A DNA stretch of 63,752 nucleotides, counting the filler, from Collodictyon triciliatum (taxonomy: Eukaryota): the NCBI GenBank assembly GCA_043381765.1. It is 4 parts of 4 records of this genome, joined end to end, with 100 filler letters (N's around TTAATTAATTAA, not from the genome) between each part and the next. Parts side by side here need not be neighbours in the genome. Positions count along the whole stretch, not along the records: positions 1 to 17,838 come from JBHJMP010001419.1; 3 more parts are not named here. The stretch is one strand, 5' to 3'. How positions within the stretch are numbered: the first letter of the stretch is position 1; each line of letters begins with the position of its first letter. Below, piece after piece: positions 1-11,355 of the stretch. Made by a program: the position numbers and the translations under genes. The notes under the pieces are model-generated. The model saw only the letters and a list, made by a program, of their open reading frames with translations. It was not told the DNA's origin and did no database searches.

Positions 1-48
<48 letters not shown>
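1..48. repeat. (CT)n microsatellite
   Basis: Direct reading of the sequence. Confidence 0.95.
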
Positions 49-51
<3 letters not shown>

Positions 52-245
52 TTTTATATATATCTAGACGTTTTGTTCCTTTTCTATGCATACCTCCTCA
101 CACGAAATTGGCTCTGTGCTAAAATGCCGGAATAAGTTTGTATTTTTTTTGTATTGGGTTTGAAAAACAAAATGATAATAATAGATACAAAAACTAACTG
201 GAGCTTTGCACTTGATTTCTCACAATTTTCTTACTTCCGACTCTT

Positions 246-3200
246 ATGTTGGTCACCTGCAAACAGAAGGAAGAGGAAAAGGAACGATCCAGTGCTCGTA
301 ATCCTCAGCCTTTCTTTCTCCCCCAACTGACATCCCGGACGCAGTACACTCAAGGCGGAATGAGCCAAGATGATGGGAATTCTAATGACACCCCCCGAAC
401 AGCACGCACCGAAGTCGGATTTACGGAGCACTTCCGCTCTGGAGGTATATTTCACACTCTAAAAATGCAAAAAAAAAAAAACTCTTAGAATGATCTTATA
501 TTTCCCTCTTTACGTAGTATTGTGGCATAATTTTATTTCTGATAATGCCAAGTATCAGATATAATTATATTGTCAAGATTAACCCGTTTATCTTATCTTA
601 TCTGTGTCCCCTGTCAAATAGTTGTTGGTTTGGAAGTGAAAGTGAAAGAAATGGTACAGCAGAAGCAAGCACTTGATTACAATCAAACATTCCATTCGAC
701 AGAATACACCCAGTCCATCTGCGAGTGTTTATGTACGACATATAGCACTACCCATTCATGGATTTGAAAACAAACCTAATCATACCTCTTTTATCCTCGT
801 TTTTCTTTCTAATGATTTACTTTGCACTATTTTGTAATCCATAAAGATAAATAGCACATTAACATAACGCAAAAGTGTAATTATAATTATTATGGGCTAT
901 TAATAGATGAGGCAACTTTAATACCAAGCTCGATTCAACACTCCTTAAAAAATTTGTATCCTGAACTGATAAGGATGGTTTACAAAATTCCTCCCCGGAC
1001 GAACGTCGATGTTCATCTCTTGCACATTTACAGCCCATTTTCTATGCAAGCTCATTTCTTGGAGATGGAAAGGTACATCTATACAATTCCTTCCATTATG
1101 ACATCCTTTTACTGTTCCACCAGTGCTATATACATATTTAATGCATCGATTATAAAGTGTTGAAAAATATGGCTACGTTCATTTTGTAAGCAAATGTACC
1201 CTTTAAAGACAGGATCTCAAAGACCAGATAATGGACTTGAAAAGAAATCTAGATGGGGTAACAAATGCCCTTGCTTCATATCGGAAAGAAACAGAGTAAC
1301 ATTCAATCTTTATCATATACTCATCATCCTGTTATTTCGTATTTTTAGATAATTTTTTTGTCTTTTTGATGTGTTCATGTAAATAAGGAAGAAGTAAACA
1401 TACACAGGTTATTCATCAACGATTTGCAACAAAAAATCGTCGTTCGAGATTTTCAAATACAAAAGCTACGCGAGGAGATTGAAGCAGAAAAGCAGCATGT
1501 ACAGGCTTAGACTCTATAGATTAAGAACTAAAGAAGATAGTTTGATCCTAAACCCATTCACGAATCAGGCTGACGCACTAACCAGCGAGGCAGAAAAATT
1601 TCGGGCCTTATACAGAAACGGATTGGATCATTATGAAGAAGACATAGCTCGTAAGTCCATCTCTTTAAAAAGACTTCTCTATATGGGTCCATTATTATAT
1701 TTTGTTGAATTTTTTTAAAACATAAATCAAAAAACAAAACAAAATTTGAATGACTAAGTTTATCCACTTCATTCACAGAGTGCTGACTATCACCATTACA
1801 TTATCATTTAGGCGTTCTAGAAAAGGAAAATGAAAAGTACGTCATGGCCCTGAATGAGATGGAGCAAGAGAAAAAAGCGGCTCTTTTGAAATTAAGCCTA
1901 ATGAAGGTGTATATATGCTCAATATTAACCACTTTAAGTAATTAATCATGTATCTAAGTTATAATAAACGATTTTTTTTTAAAAAAAAAACACCATTTTC
2001 CAGGAAGATTTTGATGCTTTAAAACAAGAAATGTCGCGCATGATTCCGAACCAGATTTTCGATGAAGTTTAATTAACACATTGAATTACGACTTCTGAAG
2101 TATACGTATATTGTATGTGGATATAGTCACCCGCATCTAAATCTGCATTATTATTTACAGGTTAAAAGGAGTCTAGTCATTCACAAATTTGATATCCATG
2201 TCATGAGAGATCAAATTCAAAACCTCAAAAAGATACAGGATGCCATTCGAACACGAGCGATTGAAGTAATTTACAATTGCAATAACAGCACAGTAATATC
2301 TATATGTAATTATTTCGCAGATTTTGAGAAAATATACTGGAATATATTTCTAGGAGATAAAGAAGAGAGAAGTGATAATAGAACAGAACAGAATGTCATT
2401 TTTGGACGAAATTTCTCGGCGCACTCCTCGTCCGGACTGGGAAGGAATATTCCCAGAGTTTGTTGAATTGTTAAACCCAAATCTCAATGTAGTCGATTAG
2501 CACATACCCTTATGAATATATGAGTGGTTTAACCTCACACATGTTTCAATCATATTACAGTGAAGATGAAAAACTTTATAAATTGGACCTGAATCTTTAC
2601 TTGGAACCGTCGTCGTATGGGAAGGTCTGCGGTCAAATAATCAACCCCCCCCCCCCCCCCCACCGCGGGCTTCTTTTCTTTATCTTTTCATNNNNNNNNN
2701 NTTTTATCTTATTGAATCACGACATAAATACATACCATAAAAATAAACTCTGGTTTATTTAGATTATGCTCTTGAAGCAAAACTTAATCCATGTATACGA
2801 GGACATGAATACGTACAAGGTGCACCTAAACCCTCCACACAAAGATAAACAAGTATTATCTGAAGAACGTAATTTTTAAAATAAATATCTATATAATCTA
2901 AATTTAAAATATTTCTTTCATTTCATCAGGCTATCTGTGACGTGCAAATTGAAAGAGAAAAGGACGTGGAAATGATTGTTCAAGATAAATATATCATGGG
3001 CTTGGGAACATCACCGGATATTCCAAAATATCTACGATTCTCTGGAAAGGTTTGCAAGCGTAAAAATAGCTAGGTAAACCTGATTCCCTGAGTCTCTTAT
3101 GTTTCTTTTGTTTTTGTTTTCTAGATCAAAAAAAGGAGAATATCGAAAAGGGATATCGAATCACTAATTAAGGATATATGGAAGGAAAGGTCAAGCTCGG

Positions 3201-5615
3201 CGAAGGTATTGTAATTACTATTTAGTTGATTTCATTCTTAGATGATGAATATTTTTATTTTTGTCATTAGATTAATTTCTTTCAAACGAGTACTATTTTC
3301 TTTTCCATTTGCATTACCCTAGCAAAAAGTTAAGTTTGGAGACTTTTTTTACACATACCTGCAAACACACTACGGCCTCCATAATGTCATTGTCGAATGG
3401 GCATACAATATTCTAGAGGCCCTTGAAAAGTAACTAATTGCCCACCTTTTAATCCCTGTTTTCGTCTTGTATTTGTTAACTAATGATTTGCATAGCAATA
3501 CTGTATATAAAAGTGCTATTTTCCTTTTTCTATATACTTCTCATGATTAAGTGGCCATTTCTTTAATAGGTATTCATATGACGGAGATTGTATGCTGTTT
3601 CTCAAAACATTAAATGGGGAAATATCAGATGACGTATGATTTATGTTTTGTTTTGTTTTGTTTATATTGCATTTTGAAATTCCTTTCAGACTTTGCTTCA
3701 TTGATAGAAATATAAATATGTTATAAAAGTAATCCCTTAAATCAATATAAGAAAATGAGTTAAAAAAAGTAAATAAAAATGAGTGCAAAGAAACATGCAG
3801 CATAACTAATATATCTTGCAATTATGCATACAGGCTCATGATGATCAAATGGCTTTGATTGACAGCCTACGAGCCTCATTTATAAAGTGAATTTACATAC
3901 ATAAAGGGGAGGAAACTGTTCAATTTATATATATCATTATTATTTTTTTTAAAAAAAAGGGTTAAATAGATTGGACGTCACATTAAATAACAAGGAAACT
4001 GGCAGAGTTCCTCGAAAGGATCTATTTGGTGTTCTAAACAAGTATGTATTGTGCTGGAATTTTTACTAATCCTTTATATATATATATACACCCTTTCTCC
4101 TCTAATGAAAATGAAATGGAACTTGAATAAATTGCTCTAGATTCTTCAATTCAAAGCCACCCGACAAGATGAATGCCATACGTGGTGTATTGATTTACAT
4201 TCATTCATGCACTTATTTTTATGTATCATGGATTCAATAAATAGATATAATCTTTATCCATGTTTGAATGTTTATTTTTAAAATTATGAATAGAGTCTAC
4301 TACATGAACAGCCAGGGGCCTATGTTTTCTACCAGCGCGTTTGTCTTTATGTTTTACTTTGCCTATCGTAAATGCATATTAACTCTGTGCTTAAAACGTA
4401 TATAGTATAATGCCATCGCATGTTAAAGCATCCTGAATCACATATTTCACATCCAGCTATTCGATGAGGACAGAGAAGGTAATCAGGGACCTTTCATAGA
4501 AACCGTTCGGAATCAATATCTACACGAAATTTTAGATTTCTCATCAGAAATTCAGGTGTGATATGATAGATTCATATGCATAATTTGTGAACCCTTATTT
4601 TGTTTGTTTGTTTGTTTGTTTGTTTGTTTGTTTGTTTGTTTGTTTGTTTGTTTGTTTGTTTGTTTGTTTGTTTGTTTGTTTGTTTGTTTTTACTTTATTT
4701 AGTTTTTCTTTTCCATTCTTACAGTCATATTTTCATACAATCCTCCAATGAGTAGGAAGCCTTAGAGGCTTGTTGCATCAAAGGCAGTACCACATTAGGG
4801 GATGTTATAGAGTTTGAATTCTATTTCTTTCACAATATTCAATTTCAAATCAACAAACTGTTCTGTAAACTTACGAGAATTCTTATGTCCGATAGCCTGT
4901 TCTCCAAAATTGACCCACACAAACCCTACACTGATGTGCAAGCATGGGTTGGCTCCGTTTTATCTACAAGTCCGCCTGTGGAACCTAGTGACTTTGTCGA
5001 TGTAGCACAACTCTACAAGGTGGTAAATTTAAACGAAAATATGTATTTCCCCAGTAAGATATCCTCACAGCTTTCCGCCTTTTCTTTTCTTTTCTTTTCT
5101 TTTCTTTTCTTTTCTTTTCTTTTCTTTTCTTTTCTTTTCTTTTCTTTTCTTTTCTTTTCTTTTCTTTTCCTCTCTTTCATCTTGCAAACATGCGCTTTAC
5201 ATATTGTTGTATACTCTATATTTTACGAAAATACCCCATTATTAAGTTGATCATTTATTTATTTTGTTTCTTTTTAATTATTTACTAGAACTTTCGGTCA
5301 GTGCTTTTTAAACGTACAAGTTTCCCCCGAACCCACCGGCGGACGACAAAGAAGGAGATCACTGTGGGCGATGAAGCGGAAACACAAGGAGATGCAGTTG
5401 AAAGAGATACAAGAGATGGTAGTGCCCAGGAAGCTCGTCCGGAAATTGAAGCAAAAGAAGAGGATAATACTGATGACGCTTTGCCACTCCCATTAATTAT
5501 GGATGATACAAAGCCGGAGTTTGACCAGGCCGATATTGAAGCCATATTCGACGATTTGATACATGGTACAAACACAACCAAACCATTGAAGGAAGGGGAT
5601 GTCGAATCTTCATGA
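246..5615 (+). CDS. TSNAXIP1: Translin-associated factor X-interacting protein 1-like (multi-exon; 5' end uncertain)
   Basis: About 20 GT-AG exons join in frame. A coiled-coil N-terminal half is followed by family motifs RTPRPDW, IMGLGTSPDIPKYLRFSGKI, EWAYNILEALEKYSYDGDCMLFLKTLNGE and LFDEDREGNQGPFIETVRNQY. Stop TGA at 5613-5615. Confidence 0.8.
4598..4688. repeat. (TTTG)n intronic microsatellite
   Basis: Direct reading. Confidence 0.95.
5079..5169. repeat. (CTTTT)n intronic microsatellite
   Basis: Direct reading. Confidence 0.95.
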
Positions 5616-6148
5616 TGCCAGGACAACCTACCAACCCCGCCGTGCTCTGAAGTGCTATTCTTGCGACATATATAATATCCTTTATTCTATTACTTGTGCA
5701 TGAAACACCTTATTATAATCTCGTCCAACTATCGTTATATGCTGCCTGTCTTCTGCTATCTATAAAAGCTGTTTGGATTCCTCCAAATATATGAATCGTT
5801 GGCACTTGGGTTGGAGCTTATTTCATGCATAGTTTTATCGAGTGTGCAACTCAAGTTGCAAAACTCAAAGCATGTGTTCCAAATATCATCAATTATTTCG
5901 AAATCGCACTGCAGTCCTATGTTTGAGATTGTCTGGTTTATTGTTTCAAACACCAATATTTTCATGGGCACTGAAATCCAAAAATAGAAAAAAAGAATGG
6001 AGTGGTATATGAGGAATTCCAAAAGAAAAATGGCAGTAGTGAAATGATGAAAGAAACGGAGGGTCAAGCAACTTGTAATGTGGCGATGCTGATTTGTGCC
6101 TTTTCTTAACTTCACTTCTTTGAAGTAAGATGGAGTTTTCTTTCCTTC

Positions 6149-6726
6149 TCATTTGTCTGGGTTCAAAAGGCTATTGATATCCATGCGCTGGTCTTTACCG
6201 AGGGGCCCAGAGGGAAAAGGAGATAGATTATCCTTTTCGGGGGTTATAGGACTATGATGAACGGTTACAGAAGGAGACACGATAGGGAAGACTGTTAGAG
6301 GGTATATTACAGTTGCATCACATAAAAAAGAGAGGGCATGTAGGTTAACAAATGCTTCGTCTTGTGATTCGACTGCAGCAGAAAGATTGGAATTGGACAA
6401 AGAGGCAAGAGGGGTATGAACAAATGGTATGGTATGGTGCGTTTGTTTAAGACTTTCATGCGCATTTGACTTTTTGGCCAGTGGAGGAGACAGCTTTACT
6501 GAGACAGTAGCTTCTGTATTTTCTTGCAGCTGTGCCTTTTGAGTCTTGCGAGCAATTTTTATCCAACACGAGCGGCATTGAATATCTGTTCTACCAGGAA
6601 TGTCTTGAGCAATCTTCTTCCATGAACCAACTCCAAACTTCATCACAAAAGACACCAAAAGTGAATCTTCTATTTCACTCCACACTCCTTTCCGGATTTC
6701 AGGGCTTAATAATAATAACAATAGTA

Positions 6727-6825
<99 letters not shown>

Positions 6826-7247
6826 AAATTATTCTTAAGAGCTATTTTAGAATAAAAATTACGAAAGCATCTTTTATTAGGTTATCGATATGTAACTAGA
6901 GCATATAATGGTTTAATACCACAAAAAAAAATAGTTGCGTGTGAATTCTTCAAGGTTGATGATATTCTTTTAGGATCTGAGGTTTTTTCCTTGATGTATT
7001 ACTTATAATGTGCAAGTGAAGAGAAAAAAAACCTGAGTGCTCGATACCATCGTTGGCAACACTGGTCGGCAGTGCGATTCCCGACGAACTCTGCTATCTT
7101 CATCCAGTTGCGGCAGCCGAATCTCTTCACAGCTATTAACAGCCTATCATCCTCGTTTTTACACCATGACTGAGTCTTTTTCTTCTCGTAGCTACAGCCT
7201 TTAATGGAACGTCTGGTGGTTTTTTTACCCTTGCTCGTAGATTTCAT
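6149..7247 (-). CDS. Two-repeat Myb/SANT transcription factor (2 exons)
   Basis: Exon 1 WCKNEDDRLLIAVKRFGCRNWMKIAEFVGNRTADQCCQRWYRAL, then a phase-2 GT..AAG intron, then exon 2 SPEIRKGVWSEIEDSLLVSFVMKFGVGSWKKIAQDIPGRTDIQCRSCW. C-terminus ends RMDINSLLN. Confidence 0.9.
6707..6823. repeat. (AAT)n intronic microsatellite; similar tracts at about 24836-24932, 25982-26080, 27743-27843, 30580-30676, 34313-34411, 36511-36604, 38620-38713, 45343-45439 and 50696-50793
   Basis: Direct reading. Confidence 0.95.
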
Positions 7248-7879
7248 TCCAGTGTATTTCTTTAAATTATCCTTGTAGCAATCGTTTTTTAACAGAACCT
7301 CAGTTCCTTCGATGACTACAAGGAGGGAAAAAAGCGGGCCTGTAAGACAATGGTGTTGTGTTCTCCCTTACTTCTAGGCTCATAATTATAATTTGCCCAT
7401 CGCTCGATTTTGTGATGCGCCTGAATAAAAAGATAGTAATAGCAGTTCAAATTCAGGCGAGGTTTTTTTTAAGCAACCACGTAGCGTTCTCCTCCTTTCT
7501 AATTTCTGGCCCAAACCCTTATCGCCCTAACTTTATGCGCTGTTTATCGCTATATAGGTCTCCTCGTTTGCCGTGCATATACCAGATGACTCATTTTTCC
7601 TATATAGAGAAAATTCATACAATCTGCACTTTGGATAGTATATTATTTTCTATTTCGTCTTTAGGTACAGAAAAAAAACAAAGAATATATCTATTTAAGG
7701 GAATTACAATAGATGTGTTTGAAAGTGAGGATATCGATACATTTCCATTTTTTTATTTACATAAGCGGAATACATAATGTTGATATGCTGAGTGTTTTAT
7801 TTATGGTAAAAATCTTCTCGTTTGCACTTGTTTGCGATACATGAATCAGTTTAAAACATTCATCAACAAAGAGAAAATG

Positions 7880-8471
7880 TGGAACGGGAGTGGAGAATCA
7901 ATTCTGGAATTTCTTGAAGGGGCGAAATAGCTTCGTGAGATTTTTATCTGAAAACTTCCAAAAGTGCCCTGTTGAGATTGATCGCACTGGATTCCTGCAC
8001 ATTTTTTTGGTTTACCCACCTGCCTGAAGAGATCTGTAAAAGAAAAAGTAAAAAGTAAAAAGAAAAAGGAAAAAGTATGTATGTATGGGTTATTTGAAAA
8101 TGCTGCTTGTCTTGGTAAAACCTTGATGTGTGTATATATTCGAAGACTGAAAAACAACTATGTATGTCAGCAGATGGACAGCGAGGGTCTCCTTTCCTTG
8201 GCCCGGGAGCAAAAAGTCCTCTTTGAAGAGGCTGAGGATGAAGTAGGATTCTACAATTTCTTTCACTCCCATGATTCTCTCGATACATTACCATCGAATG
8301 AAAGAAATAGAACGAACGAAAGAATCACAAACAATAAGCTTACATATGTGCAACCCGACAAATGGAACTAGGCTACCCAATACTTTCAGGATATTGACGA
8401 TTGCATGGAGAAGCACTTTCTCTACTTATGGAATCAGGTTTCGGAAGCAGAAGACCTCATTTCCGAAGAGG
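7880..8471 (+). CDS. Possible divergent BTB/POZ (KCTD-like) exons upstream of the NHL exon
   Basis: Translated segments PVEIDRTGFLHIFL and LFEEAEDEVGFYNF resemble the KCTD-type IDRD..F..IL and EA.FY motifs. Splice model not resolved. Confidence 0.35.
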
Positions 8472-8692
8472 TAAATTATATTATTGAATTTTAGTCGCAA
8501 TCTAGGTAAAAGGTGAGGTTATATGAGTTATTTATGAAGTTAATGGAGGCTTTGGACCGAAAAAGAACAGGGGGGAATCATCATTTTGATTGAGATGCAA
8601 CACACAATATGTGTAAATTTAGGAACATCTACCATATTTTCCCCCTTTATTCAATTCAAGAGGAACCTAACCATCTTGCACAAATTGTAAAA

Positions 8693-8752
<60 letters not shown>

Positions 8753-8879
8753 GATACCTCATACTTTAGAAATTAAGGAATATTTTGAATCAAGTTATAA
8801 TAAATGGAAACCTATGATTATATAGCTTCATGCTCATTCTTCTTGGCAACTCAAGTCCAATAGCCTGGACGAATCTAAC

Positions 8880-9965
8880 ATGATTAGACAACAAGATGTT
8901 TTCAATTTCTATCTATCATCCTATTACCCGGCCAAGACTAGAGGAGAGAAGAAATATAATCATATTGTTCCGTCTTATTTAAATTCAGCCGTGCTTGATC
9001 TTCTATCAACACCACATATTCTATCACCAACACTTGATTTTTCAAGAATCGAATATTTCAACCCCATATCATTAGATATCCCCCTTGACGAAAAAAAAAT
9101 TCAAACCCTAATGTTTTGTGGATTCAGAAAGATATCGAGAGAGATGAAAACGATTCGTATGCCTTACTTGACGATTCAGTCTTTCGTTTATCTTGGGGCA
9201 AAAACAATTATGCTGGGTAGTTTATGGGGGTTTGCACAACATCCAAAGACAAAAAACTTGTTTTTCTCTGACCAGCAGTTCTCTCGAATTCTTGAATTTT
9301 CTCCTGGATTTCAGCTTATTCGCACATTTGGCTCTCCAGGAACAGGCCCATGTGAGTTTGTGCAACCAAGGGGGATTGCCTTTTCACTCGATGGGGAGCG
9401 ATTTGTAGTAGTAGACAATGCAAATGATAGGCTGCTCCTGTTCGATGGTTTACTTAATCTGATTAAAATCATTGATCACCAGATAGACATTCAGCCCAAG
9501 ATTGAGTATCCCCAGGACGTTACCTTTGACAGCTACGGAAACTTCTACGTAGCTGGGGGTGCAACAAAAGCCATTCTGAAGTTTTCGAATGATGGAAGCC
9601 TTCTGTGGGCATACACAGGAGGGCAGCCAGGAAACCCCGAGATGACATGGAGCTGGGCTGTATGTGTCTCTGAAGAAAACAAAGTATATGCATCGTGTTC
9701 TGGGGGCAAGATTTTTGTCCTTTCTGAGGACGGAGAATTCCTTCACTTTTTGAATATTCCATTCAATACCGGCGACTTTGATAGGCTTACGCGTGGACCA
9801 ATCGGGTCTTTGGTTATCACACGTAATCAACTGGATAAAGTCTGCTTTATTGACCGAGATGGTGTTTTAGTATATTCAGTGAACGTTAAAAGACCTCTTG
9901 GTGTTGGTTTTACCACAGACCAGAAATTTATTGTCTTATCAGGCAACTCAATATTAACGTTTTGA
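8880..9965 (+). CDS. NHL-repeat six-bladed beta-propeller protein (long single exon; may be the 3' exon of a larger gene)
   Basis: 361-aa ORF with FGSPGTGPCEFVQPRGIAF, YPQDVTFDSYGNFYVA and RPLGVGF NHL repeats. Confidence 0.8.
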   Translation: MIRQQDVFNFYLSSYYPAKTRGEKKYNHIVPSYLNSAVLDLLSTPHILSPTLDFSRIEYFNPISLDIPLDEKKIQTLMFCGFRKISREMKTIRMPYLTIQSFVYLGAKTIMLGSLWGFAQHPKTKNLFFSDQQFSRILEFSPGFQLIRTFGSPGTGPCEFVQPRGIAFSLDGERFVVVDNANDRLLLFDGLLNLIKIIDHQIDIQPKIEYPQDVTFDSYGNFYVAGGATKAILKFSNDGSLLWAYTGGQPGNPEMTWSWAVCVSEENKVYASCSGGKIFVLSEDGEFLHFLNIPFNTGDFDRLTRGPIGSLVITRNQLDKVCFIDRDGVLVYSVNVKRPLGVGFTTDQKFIVLSGNSILTF

Positions 9966-10279
9966 GTCGATATCGTGTGAATAAAAGAATTCAAAGTAGG
10001 ACTAAATGAGTGTCTGAATTACATAAAAAAAAATTTTCTAAATTCAAAGTATTTTTTAATTTATTTTTTGTTACTGATTTGTAATGGTGTTTGTATATCC
10101 AAACTATAAAAATTAATTATTTTTTGATAATCAAATTACATTACTGATTGACATCTACAAAGTTGTAATACACATGCAAATAAAAAAGAAACACTCTCAT
10201 ACTAATCGTATTGGTGTGTATGTATGAAGACAAGTGGTGATTTGTCTTTGATATTCGAAAATATGCAACTTAAAAAAAG

Positions 10280-10952
10280 GTACATTATCTCAGACTCTGT
10301 GAGAAGAGACATGTACAAAGAAGCTGAGAAAGAGATTCAACCTCGCCTTGTCTTTCTCATGCAAGCACAAGACCCAGGCTACATGCCAGACTGCATGATG
10401 CAAATCCTAATCACCGACTTCTCCGCCACCCAGCCACCAAGCAGCATCCATGCAAACGATGCCTCGCGAATCAAATCCAAAACTTCACCGATTTGCACGA
10501 ACTTGATTCAAAAAAAATCTGCGTGGCGATGCAGCAACGAGGTTACTCACAGCACAAAGACCTACAGATGAAATCCAAAGTCGGTGCTGTGTGTGGCAAG
10601 GCTACCCATTTGCGCCATCGCTCTTCAACTTCTCTGTTCACTGTCTCACAAACCAGTTCCGAAAGGAAAACAAGACCCATAAGCAAACGATACTTCAATA
10701 TGCAAAATTTAAAGCATGGCGGGACGCAGATTCTAAAAACCCCTATTGAGGCACACTAGCTTTTTTGCTGGCTCAGGTCGAAAGCTAAAGAAAGGGGTGG
10801 TCTTGTGTCGTAGGATATTTGCCACAACATAATCAGCTCTTGCTTCCCATGCAGCCAATCAACTAGTTGGGCCACCCATCTGGCCAGTTTGGTGTCTCTG
10901 ATTTCTTTGCATAGCTTTATCCCCATGAACTTTGAATCAAAAGTGAAGGAAA
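10280..10952 (+). mobile_element. Decayed 3' fragment of a non-LTR retrotransposon (end of ORF2 plus 3' region and terminus)
   Basis: 10290-10349 matches 53409-53468(-) of the LINE copy at 51/60 nt (SDSVRRDMYKEAEKEIQPRL vs SDPVRRDMWKRDEKDIKPRL). Ends in ACTTTGAATCAAAAGTGAAGGAAA, a variant of the dispersed terminal motif. Confidence 0.7.
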
Positions 10953-11355
10953 TACGATGTTGTGAAGAAGAAAAGAAAAGTAATCACAGCAGCTTACAAA
11001 TGCTGCTTATGAAGCGTCCCTCAACCCGTCATACCAGGCTCATTTATATTGCCAGTAAGGTGAAACGGCATTCAATTTTTTTATTCCCGATAACGATAAG
11101 TCCACCGCATCTCCCAGTGTTTGGTCGGAAAGAAAAAAAAAGAATAAAAGCAAGAGTGTTGTTTTTTGGTGGTTATTTTTTTTTTATAGCGAAATTGGTT
11201 TCAATACCATTTCTCAGGCGTCAGTAACAAATAATACAGCAACTTGCAATTTAACCGCCCGGCAGAACGAAAGTTAAATGAAAAAAAATTTGGGAAAAAA
11301 GCGAGCATCGGGCCCCTTCCTTGTGATTTTCTTCACGGCGACAGGTTCATTTTTT

